Positions 46,513-57,408 of a DNA stretch of 64,000 nucleotides are shown piece after piece. The DNA comes from Massalongia carnosa (taxonomy: Eukaryota). The stretch is taken from positions 1,116,001 through 1,180,000 of the forward strand of contig OZ287085.1 in the NCBI GenBank assembly GCA_965645245.1, written 5' to 3'. Under the pieces are notes generated by a model. That model saw only the letters and a list, made by a program, of their open reading frames with translations. It was not told the origin of the DNA and made no database searches. The translations under genes and the position numbers were made by a program. Every line of letters begins with the position of its first letter. Position 1 is the first letter of the stretch.

Positions 46513-49500
46513 CTACCCCTCCTCTGAGACGGCGGCTCCGGACGTCGATGGTTGACTGTTATTCATGAATAGGACATCCTTTGGGGCGTTGGGTTTTCCT
46601 TTATTGTCTGTATGAAATTTTCTGATTTCTTCTTTGGCGCGAATGAAATCAGTCCATGGCTGCCAAGGTGGGTTTGCGTTCCAGTCATCCCATGAGCCGA
46701 TATAGGTTGCTTTATACTGAGTGCCGTATTTCTTAGTTTCACGGCAGTCGACGATTTCGAGGACTTCATATTCTTCATGAGGACTGGATTCGGCGTCTTC
46801 TTGAATCAGTATCGGGGGACCCGGTTCAATAAGTTGACCGGGGAATGGGTTCGTAGGAGCCAGATGAAGTTTCCATGGATGAAATATGGGTGTGAGCCCC
46901 ACTCTTTTCAAGTGTTCGGGAATTTCCAATTCATAGGCCTTGTTATCTATGTTTCGGATGATTTTCCATGGCCCCGCGTTTTTGGAACTCAGGGAGCGAC
47001 TCTGCTTGTCGACGGAGAAATCTTTGGTGTTGACATATACCATGTCTCCTATCTTGTAGTCTGGATGTGGGGCCCGCGACTCATTGGCATATCTCATCTG
47101 ATCTGCCTGTGCCCAGGTTAGGTGCTCGATAAGCCATTTGGTCATGGCTTCTTGTCGGGCGGTTATTTTGTCTGCCGACATCAGTTCCGCGCGTCCGGTG
47201 ACATTTGAGTCAAAAGGCTGAGGCGGCTCCGAGCCACTACGAGGGTGATAACCGTGATCAGCGAAGAAGGGGGACATTCCGGTTGAAGCGTTCGTATGAT
47301 TATTGACTGCAAATTCGGCATCTGGTAAGTAGTCCACCCAGTCGTCTTGAGCATGTCTGACGTATGCTCTCAGGTAGTTCTTCATAACCTTATTCGCATT
47401 TTCGGTTTGACCATCTGTTTCTGGATGATGCGCGGAGGACGGTTTCGATTTGACTCCTAATCGCTGACAAATTCGCTTCCACAGATGGGCTGTCAATTGC
47501 GTCCCGCGATCGTGGACGATGGAGTTTGGCAAGCCGTATGTTGAAAAGACCCGACGTTTGAGGACTTCTAGTACGTCCTTCGTGCCTATATCCACCATAG
47601 GTTCGTACAACCTACGTTTGGTCAATCTGTCCACGATAACCAAGATATTTTCGTACGTCCGGCCCCGTCTGTGACATTTGGGCAGTTTGACTACAAAGTC
47701 CAGAGATAAGTCTGTCCATTTTCTTTGAGGTATGGGTAGTGGGGCTAATAGTCCCTGTTTCTGATCGTTGTACGCCTTGGACCTTCGGCATGTAGAGCAG
47801 TTAGTAGCGTATCTTCGACAATCATCCTTCATGGACATCCAGAAATAGTTCTCCAGCATTTTGGCATACATGCCTCGATACCCGGGGTGTCCTTGCATCG
47901 GGGGATTATGATGATCCGATAAAAGACGCAGCTTCAGCTTGTCGAAATTCGGAATGAAGAGGCGTGTTTTGTAGTATAGTCTTTCGTGACGGACTTCCAA
48001 GTCACCCATCGCCAGTCTCAGCCCGTTGCTTAGAATTTTATCGGGCAATTTCTTCAGATTTTCCAACTTAGCCTTCATGACTTCCTGAATCATTGCGTCT
48101 TCTTGATATGCCTCCGCTAAAAGATTTTCTAATAATTCATCAGGCTTTTCTGCATTTGAATCATCATTCGAATTGATTGTGAACTCCTCTACCGTCAAGT
48201 CCTCTACTTCCTCATCCCTGATTTGATCGGATGAGTCAGTAGTAATGTTGTCTTCAACCCGTTCTCGATTGGCCATGGATCTGGTTGTCACGTACAGCTT
48301 CAGGTCCTGTTTCACTTCATCGTCCAGCTGATTTTCTTTTAGCAGCACCTGATATTGATATCTGGTGCGATCATCCTCCGCGTCCATCGGCAGATCTTGC
48401 TCTCTTCTGGTGAGGGCGTCCGGTTTGCCCCCTTGCTTGCCTGGTCTATACATAATGCGAAAATTATATTCCGCCAGCATCTCAGCCCAACGCACTTGAC
48501 GGCGATTTAGTTGTTTCAAAGTCATGAAGGTCTCCAGATTCTTATGATCTGAGTAGACCTTTGTTGATTGCTCCACTCCCGCTAGCTCCGGTCTCCAGAT
48601 GACGAAACTTTCTACGATGGCTAGGAGTTCTTTATCGTAGATCTCATAATTGCATTCGGCGGGGCTCATCTTCTTCGAGAAATAAGCCACGGGTTTCAGA
48701 ACGCCTTCATGCATCTGAGAGAGTATCCCCGATACTACGAAGTCAGATGCGTCTGTCTCCACCCAGGTCTCTAGCCTTGGGTCGTAATGAGCAAGAATCG
48801 GCGCAGAGGTAAAAGAAATCTTCATGTCTTCGAAAGCTTGCTGACATTCAGTGGTCCACACGAAGTCTTGATACTTGGTGCGTCTCTTTCCGCCTTTCGT
48901 GACATATTGCTCTCCGCGGGTTAGCTCGGTCAGACACTTCACCTTTTCGGAGAATCGCTCAATGAAGCGACGATAGAAGTTAGCGAATCCAAGAAAGGAC
49001 TGCACCTCTTTTACTGACGCGGGCGTCTTCCATTCTAGTATGGCCGTCACCTTTTCTGGGTCCATTCTAACGCCATTCACCCCTACGAACATTCCGAGGT
49101 ACTTGACTTCGGAGACAGAGAATTCACACTTGTCTATGTCCAGTTGAAGTCCTCTTTCTTTCAGACGACGAAGTACCTTCAGTACCTGCTCGATGTGCTC
49201 CGTTTCTGTTTCACTGAACACCAGTACGTCGTCCAGATAGGCGGTGACGAAATAATCTAAGTATTCTCGCAGGGAGTTATTGATATAGCTCTGAAATGTT
49301 GATGGAGCGTTGCATAGTCCGAAGGGCATCACAAGATATTCAAATTGACCGTATCGAGTATTGAACGCCGTGAGCCACTCTTGTCCCTCTTTAATCCTCA
49401 TCCTATTGAATGCATGAATGACGTCCAATTTAGTAAACCACTTTGCTTTGGCGAGTTTCGCCAATGTCTCGCTGATCAATGGAATGGGGTATCGACTTTT

Positions 49501-50583
49501 CTCCGTGATATTATTCAGATCTCGATAATCTACGCAAAAGCGAAGACCCCCGCCTGGTTTCCTGACCAATAGTACCGGCGCGGCCGCCTTTGACGAGCTC
49601 GGACGAATAAACCCTTTTGCTAAGTGCTCATCTAGATATTTTCTTACCGCGGTCAATTCCTGTTCGGACATGGGCCGATAATTCTTGATGAACGGGGGCT
49701 CGATCCCGGGCATCAAATTGATTTCGTGATCCTCTTTTCGATGAGGTGCCAACTCGTCTGCCTTAGCCCTCATGAAGACTTCAATCTCGCCATGATAGGC
49801 CTCGGGTACTCGTTTTTTCAATTCTTCCAGAGTATATTCGACTTTGTCTTTCATGAACTTCTCATGATCGTCGCTGGTGACTGCGTTGATACTTGAAGCA
49901 GTCAGAAGCTTCTTCTCGTACCTATCTAACTTCTTGTTGAGCTTTTCCCTCGGATAGAAACAGTAAGTCTGATGACCCGATCTTCGAAGAAGTTTCATAA
50001 ATCGCTTCGGGGTGAGGGACTGAATATCGAAATTTTCAAAGGCCTCGTTCTTTGCTGAGGCAGTCGTTTCCTTCTCCAAGATTGTGGATTCAAATTTTGA
50101 GACTGAATGAGATCGAGGTGCGCATCCCTTACTGACGCACCGATTGGAGAACGTCATGGTGCGTTCAACCCAATCAATGTGAGGGTTATGCTCCTGCAGC
50201 CATCCATCACCGATGATCAAGGTATGATTACCTATGTCGGCCAGATAGCAGAATAACTTTTCCTCATGATCTCCGATTCTGACGGGAACGATAACGGCCT
50301 TATCAATGATTTGATGGACTTTTCCATCCCCAAGTTCCAGTCTGACCCTGTCTCTTTTTTTTAGTCTAATGGTCTCTAGTTTTCTTTTGCGCGCAAAGGA
50401 TTCATGAAGAAATTGAGCTTCACTTCCGTTATCGATCATCAACTGATTTTCATTAGAGGCTATACTACATCTAAATAAAAGATGCTTGCCCGGAACGAGA
50501 TGATCGACAGAAAGAACAGATGCTCTAACAACCCTTAATGAAACTTCTCGACATTCCTGATGGCGACTATCATCAGGAATCAT
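46513..50583 (-). CDS. pol: Pol (PR-RT-RNase H-IN-chromodomain) of Gypsy-C
   Basis: 1356-aa ORF with MIDNGSE, YLDD, TDASD, HHCC, HDRGTQL, GPW and EEYEVLEIVDCR. Confidence 0.96.
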   Translation of the reverse strand: MIPDDSRHQECREVSLRVVRASVLSVDHLVPGKHLLFRCSIASNENQLMIDNGSEAQFLHESFARKRKLETIRLKKRDRVRLELGDGKVHQIIDKAVIVPVRIGDHEEKLFCYLADIGNHTLIIGDGWLQEHNPHIDWVERTMTFSNRCVSKGCAPRSHSVSKFESTILEKETTASAKNEAFENFDIQSLTPKRFMKLLRRSGHQTYCFYPREKLNKKLDRYEKKLLTASSINAVTSDDHEKFMKDKVEYTLEELKKRVPEAYHGEIEVFMRAKADELAPHRKEDHEINLMPGIEPPFIKNYRPMSEQELTAVRKYLDEHLAKGFIRPSSSKAAAPVLLVRKPGGGLRFCVDYRDLNNITEKSRYPIPLISETLAKLAKAKWFTKLDVIHAFNRMRIKEGQEWLTAFNTRYGQFEYLVMPFGLCNAPSTFQSYINNSLREYLDYFVTAYLDDVLVFSETETEHIEQVLKVLRRLKERGLQLDIDKCEFSVSEVKYLGMFVGVNGVRMDPEKVTAILEWKTPASVKEVQSFLGFANFYRRFIERFSEKVKCLTELTRGEQYVTKGGKRRTKYQDFVWTTECQQAFEDMKISFTSAPILAHYDPRLETWVETDASDFVVSGILSQMHEGVLKPVAYFSKKMSPAECNYEIYDKELLAIVESFVIWRPELAGVEQSTKVYSDHKNLETFMTLKQLNRRQVRWAEMLAEYNFRIMYRPGKQGGKPDALTRREQDLPMDAEDDRTRYQYQVLLKENQLDDEVKQDLKLYVTTRSMANRERVEDNITTDSSDQIRDEEVEDLTVEEFTINSNDDSNAEKPDELLENLLAEAYQEDAMIQEVMKAKLENLKKLPDKILSNGLRLAMGDLEVRHERLYYKTRLFIPNFDKLKLRLLSDHHNPPMQGHPGYRGMYAKMLENYFWMSMKDDCRRYATNCSTCRRSKAYNDQKQGLLAPLPIPQRKWTDLSLDFVVKLPKCHRRGRTYENILVIVDRLTKRRLYEPMVDIGTKDVLEVLKRRVFSTYGLPNSIVHDRGTQLTAHLWKRICQRLGVKSKPSSAHHPETDGQTENANKVMKNYLRAYVRHAQDDWVDYLPDAEFAVNNHTNASTGMSPFFADHGYHPRSGSEPPQPFDSNVTGRAELMSADKITARQEAMTKWLIEHLTWAQADQMRYANESRAPHPDYKIGDMVYVNTKDFSVDKQSRSLSSKNAGPWKIIRNIDNKAYELEIPEHLKRVGLTPIFHPWKLHLAPTNPFPGQLIEPGPPILIQEDAESSPHEEYEVLEIVDCRETKKYGTQYKATYIGSWDDWNANPPWQPWTDFIRAKEEIRKFHTDNKGKPNAPKDVLFMNNSQPSTSGAAVSEEG

Positions 50584-52171
50584 TCTTTTTCCGAGTCCTC
50601 GGACTCGGATGAGTCTTCTCGAATGGCGACTCTACTGAGATTCACTGCTTGCCTAATGCAACAGGGGTCTCGGCCCCTATGCCCTGATCCTCTGCACGAC
50701 CAACATCGGCCCTGTCGTGACAGAGTCTCTCGTTCCCCGTCCTCCAACTTGGGCGGGTGAAGCGTCCCCTCGTACCAAGCTCCTACCCATCCTTCCGGTT
50801 TGGTCGAGACCTGTCCGAATTTCGAGTTCGGGTTGGCGGAGATGGCGGAGTTGGTCGTAGTCGCTTTTGGTTTGACTGTGATCGAGGTACTGGAGGTGGC
50901 GGTCGTGGTTTTGTTTAAACCACGACCGACGGAAGAAGAAGGAGAAGTCGTCGTTTTCGCGGGCTTCTGAGATTCCGACTTCGCGTACTTCTGATTCATC
51001 TCCTTTCTTCCCTGTTCGATTTTCCTGGCTTCATGCAAGAGGGTTTCTAGACTGATGAAGTCCCGTCCCAATAGAGACAGCGCGATGTTCGGCCGCAGGG
51101 TGTCCTTGAACGTCTCAATTCTCTCATCCGCGGGGGTTTTTGCACGTTGCCAGAGTTTGAACATTCGATGATAGTATTCAGTCACCGTTTCATCTTTGTC
51201 ATGCTTATTTCTTTCAATTCCTTCTTCGCGTCCTTTGTCAAATATGCTATCCCGAGATAGCTCTCAATTTCCTTGAAGAACGTATTCAAAGAGAGAGTGG
51301 GACCGGCATCCACTACCCAGGTGTGTATGGCGTCGAAAATGGGATCCTTCATCTGCGATAAGGCGTAGTCGATTTTCAACTCCTCACTAGTGTACATTGG
51401 GGAGTCGGTTCTGATTTTTCTTTCCACCGTAAACGCCCATGCACTATAGGCGTCTGAGTTGGAACCGTCGAGGGCCTCCTTCGGGTTGGTGCCTTTGGGT
51501 CGATAATTGCTTAAGGGGGCAGCGACGGCGGATTGATCTTCAGTTTGACCAGTCGATGAGGTCGACGTCTGAGTAGCTTCGCGAGCTAGACGTTTCATCT
51601 CTGATATTTCACGAATGAGGTCCGAGTTTTCCGCTTTGACCTTCTGAGTCTCCAATTTTTCAGCCGCGATATCCTCCTCAAATACTAGTCTCTCGTGATC
51701 CCAGCTCTTTATCATTCGGGTCCATTCTGCCTGTAGACCTTTTAGATCTTTGTTTCTTTTTTTCAAGTCCTGATATTTCTCGATCAAGACCTCATGTTGT
51801 AGGAGCGTGCCGGCTAGAACAGTGTACCATATGTCGCCGTCTCCCTTTAGGACAAGGGCCCTTCTCAACTCTTCTCGATTGGCCACCTTGATGATCATAG
51901 CTGATTTCGACGGATTGCTTTCCGTCAGACTTCGATAAATGGCATAATTGCTTATGTCGATTTTCGGTTCTGAGGTCGGGGCCTCGATCTTCGGTTCCCT
52001 GCCTTTGTCTTTGTTTGTCGGCAAAACAGTGTCATTTCCCACCTCTTCGTCGGCGGGTTCATATTCGCCTGGTATGCTCTGTGTCGATTGTCGCGACATG
52101 GAGCGAGCTCTAGTGTTGAAGGCCGGCCCCGAGGGAGCGACATCTCTGCTGGATGATTCTAATGAGTTCAT
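50580..52171 (-). pseudogene. gag: Gag of Gypsy-C with a single frameshift near 51197
   Basis: ORFs 51182-52171 and 50580-51185 are the two halves of a Gag colinear with Gypsy-A Gag (GPAFNTRARSMSR, EYYHRMFKLWQ, LSRQGRCWSCRGSGH). Confidence 0.88.
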
Positions 52172-53489
52172 GTTTTCTGATTAGCCTAATGATTCTGATT
52201 GTAGGTCTGAAGATTGTGTGAGGGATAAAACGAGTTCAATTTCAATAGCCTAGTTCTACACCAAAATCTTCAGACGAAGTCTAAAAGCTTTACTCGGGCG
52301 GAGTTCTATATAACCCCTGAAAAGTCGGTTCCTCGGCACATTACCTAATCGATGCTAGTCTGATGTCAGGTGACCTCAGGACCCTGACATCGCAGGATTC
52401 TTTATCCTATAGCCCCACCTCGATCAGGCCACGTTTACGCCGCGCAACAAAAACACTTCAACTTCTTTGATTGCAAGACGAATAATGTTCAACAATTGTT
52501 ATCGAGCTTTGACTTTCAGTTGATATTATTCACTGTAAGTATATTGATATTTTAGTTTTGTTGTATTATAATCAGAACGACGTATTTATATTCGAAGATT
52601 GAAAGGACTTATTCTGAGTTTATCTGAAACTCATATTACTATTCGATTTAGGTTGAAAAGAAGACACGATTGAATTAGAAATAATTGATAATTTAGAGTT
52701 TATAATTTCTTTAAGATTTAAGAACGGTTTTACAGTTGTTAATGTCGTATATGTCAAATACACTGCGCTAATTTTCTTCCTTTCTTCAACTTTATTGATC
52801 GAGATCGACATGATTTTTGTATTAAAGTAAGATAGTGTCGGACCGTCACAAGAATAATCGTCTCGCTTTTCCGATTGATCTTGTTCTTTTTATAGAATAT
52901 CTTGATGTAATCGATTTTGTCGCACTTATTAATCGTTCTCTTATTCATTCAACATTTATCTTTTTTATGATTCTTCTGATATTTGATGAACTTAAATGTT
53001 TCTTTGTTGATTGAGATTACGAAGTTAAAATTTCTTTTCGTTTTCATCTTGTTGTCAGAATTCGTTTCGGATTTTTTTTGTTTTGAAATAATTCGTTGTA
53101 ATAGTTAAATGGTATATCAGGTAGGGAGGAGAGAAGACTGCATGAAGGTGTGTTCTATTGAGATCTGTCTACATGGCTATTATATACTGCCTAGCGCGCC
53201 AAGGCTCACAGGGCTGCGCTACACCCGCAAAGGGGTTGGAGGATAATTTAACACTCCCCTTACCGATCAACTCTCTTATCGGTGTAGCCGTGGTGGAGGC
53301 AGTATGAAAATACAGCAACAGATCAAAGACACTATAACTCTCTCATGTGAAAAAAAGGATAAATCCCCTCGTGCCAACAGAACAGGTGCTAGCGAAGTCG
53401 GTTGTTTCTTCCTGCACTTCCCTCAATGATGGCAATCGCAAGCGATGTGCTCCCTCATGCGAGTTGTCCTCTCTTTGCACCTTTCATCC

Positions 53490-53805
53490 CATCCCTTATG
53501 GTGGCAGGACAACTGCTCCTCCATTCGGGTTGTACTTCCTTCATGGTGGCAGGGCATCTGCTCCCCCATTTGGGTTGTACTCCCTTCATGATAGCAGAGC
53601 ATCTGCTCCCCCATTTGGGTTATACTTCCCTTATAGTGGCAGGACATCTGCTCCATCATTCGAGTTGTACTCCCTTCATGGTGGCAGTGCATCTGCTCCC
53701 CCATTCGGGTTATACTCCCTTCATGGTGGCAGGACATCTGCTCCCCCATTCGGGTTGTATTCCCTTCATGGTGGCAGGGCATCTGCTCCCCCATTCAAGT
53801 TGCAT
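53490..53805. repeat. 45-bp tandem repeat, about 7 copies
   Basis: Unit close to CTCCCTTCATGGTGGCAGGGCATCTGCTCCCCCATTCGGGTTGTA, giving 15-aa periodicity in overlapping ORFs. Confidence 0.93.
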
Positions 53806-54573
53806 CCTCGGCATCCTGCGGATGCCTTCTCCTATCTCCTTTATGGTGCCCTTCTTCCATGATGGCAGTATACCTGCTCCCTCATATCGGTTGTCCTCGG
53901 TACCCTGCGGGTACCTCCTTCCATTCCCCTATCTCCCCACGGCATTCGGCGAAACGGCAACCGAGAGGAATAAGAACATCGAGGTAATGTGTAGGCGAAG
54001 GTCGTAATAAAAAGGAAAGAAGTCAGGAATTAAGATAATTGGGTGGTGGGTGGGTTAATAAACGAGTGAACCACGAGGTTATGACTGTTTGATGAAGGGA
54101 CGTCGGTAGTAGTGACTAAGAAGCCAGTAGCCGGCGTTTAGAAAAGAAATCGATCCGGAGGCCTTCATAAAGACCAATCGATAATTGAATTCGAAAAGGC
54201 AGCCTTTTGAGGACTGTATCGAGTTTGAATAGCGACAAGGCGGTTGTTAGGTTCAACTGTGTCGCTGGATTGTCGAGTGGAGATTTGGATTGGCGACCTC
54301 TCATCGTCGCCGATTTGGCCTGTTTGTCTTCCGCTAAAGACACGTATCGAGCTGCCGTTTTCACCTGATTTGTATCCTGACCCTCAAGAGACTCGTAATC
54401 AGTTGCCGAAGTGCTAATTCACCCTTACCAAAAGGGACCATAAAAAGCTGCCGGAATTCAGAGTAATCACGCGCTCTGACCGCGGACACGCACACATCTC
54501 CCTTTATCCATGCCTACAAGGGGAAGCCTCATGCTAACCCGGGCTTATAACTAGTTAAATAGTATATCAGGTA

Positions 54574-55911
54574 CAGTACTAGGCCAAAAGTCTGCGGCCC
54601 CGCACCCCACCAACATTTCAATCATTCTATTCAATCAACAATCAACCACGTCACGATTGCTGAAATGTCTTGAAACTTTACATAATGATTACTTACATAC
54701 TAAACAAGAATTCCCCCAAAAATTGATTTTTAATATTTAGTATACCATCCTTCCGACGCTATACACGCTTTTATCCTTATATTCATGCTCTCTATTAACC
54801 TCCTCATCATTTTCACATCTATCAACGTCCAGGCTTCTTCCAACGCTTTCCAAAGTACCTCACGAACAGTTTCATCACTGCCGATCACCAAATCTATGTT
54901 CGGGTTGACTTGATAGACGAGGTTTTTGAGCACATACCAAACGTGCTCGATGGGATTTAAATCAGGTGAATAGGGGGGCCAATCGATGACCTCTATGCCG
55001 TTCTCATTGAACCATTCTATCACCTTTTTAGCCTTATGTATAGGTGCGTTATCCTGCATGAAAATGAGGCCCGGTTGCCAAATTCCAAGCAGATTATCGT
55101 TCAATAATTCCATATATGAGTTCGCCGAGTACCCCATCTTCTTCGCAGCAAAATCACGAGCCAATTTGTAAAGATCTGACCTGTCATCTCCCCAAAAAGC
55201 TGCCCAGACCATGACACTGACTCCTTTGCCTTTGGGGACAGGTTGTATCATCTCTTTAATCTATTTTTCTTTCGGCAATCTGAACACCTACTGACGCTGT
55301 TTTCCTGACCCCTTTTCCACCGAGCACTCATCTGACCATATAACTCTTGACTACTGCTCAAAAGTTCACTCACGCCGCAGCAAGCACCAATCCAATCGTT
55401 TCTTGGCCACCTCAGGCGTCAATAAAGGTCGTTTTTTAGCCACCCAGTTGGTTAAACCATACAGTTTGAGTGCCCGATAAATAGTCGTACGACTGCAGCG
55501 GAGCCCCACTTCTAGTTTGATTTGTGCATAAGTGATTCGTGGATTGATTCGTGCATGCTTGATGATATAACGTCGATCGTGTTCTGACAGCACTTCAGGC
55601 CGTCCAGAACGTGATTTAGAAACGCCGTCGTTGCGAATTGAGTGCTTCTGAATGGTGCTCTGCACGGTCGATTTAGTGAAATTAAGAGTCTTCCCAATCT
55701 CGGTCGGTGTGTGCCCCAACACCTGGGCCCCAACAATCATACCACGTTGATATAGCGTCAATTCAGTTTTAGGAGGCCGATTACCACTTATGGGGGTCAA
55801 AGAAGCACGAAGCATAGTGAAATGATGAGGTGGAAGATGGGGGGTTGATGAGTTGAAAACGCGAAATCACGAAAATTACGGGTTGGGCCGCAGACTTTTG
55901 GTACGAGACTG
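54574..55911 (-). mobile_element. Tc1/mariner DNA transposon (DD34E), degenerate
   Basis: 27-bp TIR CAGTACTAGGCCAAAAGTCTGCGGCCC, TA on both flanks. Confidence 0.93.
54730..55815 (-). pseudogene. Tc1 transposase pseudogene
   Basis: One frame with RSGRP, WSDECSVE, MQDNAPIH and WPPYSPDLNPIE, with four in-frame stops between 55261 and 55368. Confidence 0.92.
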
Positions 55912-56770
55912 TAGGGTGGAGAGAAGATTGCATGAAGGTGTGTTCTATTGAGATCTGTCTACATGGCTATTATATACTGCCTGGCGCGCCAAGGCTCAAA
56001 GTGCTGCGCTACACCCGTAAAGTGGTTGGAGTATAATTTAACAGTAATTTTATTTTTATTTATCAATCGAAATTCCTCGGCTTTTAATATCTTTGCTAAG
56101 ACTTCAAGAATCGAAAGTTTTTTTTTTCGTGAATTCTGATTAAGAGTGAATAGATAAACTTGAATCGAATTTTTAGAGAATTAAAAACGTAAATAATAAT
56201 TGGTTCGTTTATGATAATATTCAGATAGATAATTTCTGCACTAATGTCGTGAAATTTCGAGGTATATTTCGTGAAGTTTTTCTAATTCTTTTGATAAATA
56301 AAATGTAATTTTTCAACTTGTTTTACTTGAAGAGTCTATTTTCTAATTTATAACGAATTCAAACATAATTTCACAGCTCTTTCGATGTTAATATTATTAA
56401 GTCTCTTTGTATTGAAGTAGGTATATGACTGTAGTGTCAAGGACTAGGTTGGGAATTAAACTAATATTCCTAGGAATTGGATTGGAGGATCAAGATGTCT
56501 TTATTAATGAGGCTATAGCTAGGAGATAGTTTGCTATGCAAGACGTCGGACGAGGAATCAGCTATCTACTGGATATGTCCTCTTTTTATACCTGAGCCAG
56601 CCCTTTCTTTCTCATGTTTTACCTTCTGTCAGGTCACGCACGTCCTGACATAAGCGAATCGGTAGTTATAACCGATCTGCGATCTCCGACTAGGACACGG
56701 CTCATGTTCGTATTCTTCTTTTTATTGTACCAATCATAATCATTGTAATTAAATCAACGGACTCGCGACC

Positions 56771-57218
56771 TGTCAAGGACTGGGCAGGGGATTGAACTAA
56801 TGTTCCTAGGAATTGGATTGGGTGATTAAGATGTCTTTATTAATAAGGCTATAGCTAGGTGATGGATTGCTATACAAGACGTCGGACAAGGAGTCAACTA
56901 TCTAATTAACTTGTCCTTCCTTTTATATTTGTTTCGAACGCCTTTGCATGAAGATTCGATCATTGTTCATCTCCCCCTATTAGGAGACGTACGGCACGAA
57001 GGTTTGACGAGGTGTTTGACGATAAAAGGTGGAGATGAGGTTCTCCTGTCGTTGGTACGCTTTGATGGTGATGGTACAGCTTTGACCTGAAGCCGTTGAG
57101 AGGGGTCTAAACTCGATTTAGTTAATGAGATTCTGACTAAGCTGAATAGAGGAACGGGAGCTTAGTCAGATTCATCAGCGGGATTGATTCTGGATCGGGT
57201 TGGTTCGATTTCATGACA
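56771..57218. mobile_element. Solo LTR (family X, 448 bp) inside the 5' LTR of Gypsy-D
   Basis: TGTCA...TGACA ends, perfect TSD CGACC, absent from the 3' LTR of Gypsy-D. Confidence 0.93.
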
Positions 57219-57408
57219 CGACCCGAAGAAGTGGGGCTATAGGATAAAGACCTGATCGCCCACTTCTTTGGAGGGGTAACTGATCAATTTATTGATTTAC
57301 CACTCTCTATTCGTACATTCATCACGAATCCATATAGTAGTCACGCTGTTAGACTTGACCCCTTACATTTTGATCAGTTTTATATCCTAGTAACAGCCCT
57401 ACGATACT

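Larger units (their letters stand above)
46340..52389 (-). mobile_element. Full-length Ty3/gypsy chromovirus (Gypsy-C), related to Gypsy-A
   Basis: Identical 173-bp LTRs at 46340-46512 and 52217-52389, TSD TCGCA, PPT overlapping the pol stop at 46513-46525. Confidence 0.98.
53103..56043 (-). mobile_element. Non-autonomous copia-type LTR element (TRIM/LARD-like) with a Tc1 inside one LTR
   Basis: 151-bp LTRs at 53103-53253 and 54553-56043 (the latter split by Tc1), about 9 mismatches. TSD GTAAT, PPT AAGGGGAG at 53254-53261, PBS AGTTATAAGCCC at 54541-54552. The 1.3-kb interior has no gag or pol motifs. Confidence 0.88.

Noticed and set aside
5664..52184. Numerous short antisense or off-frame ORFs overlapping gag, pol and transposases
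   Set aside because: Shadow ORFs of long coding frames with no independent motifs.
53347..54007. Repeat-containing ORFs as host genes
   Set aside because: They lie inside an LTR-bounded element, several overlapping frames are open, and no domain is recognisable.
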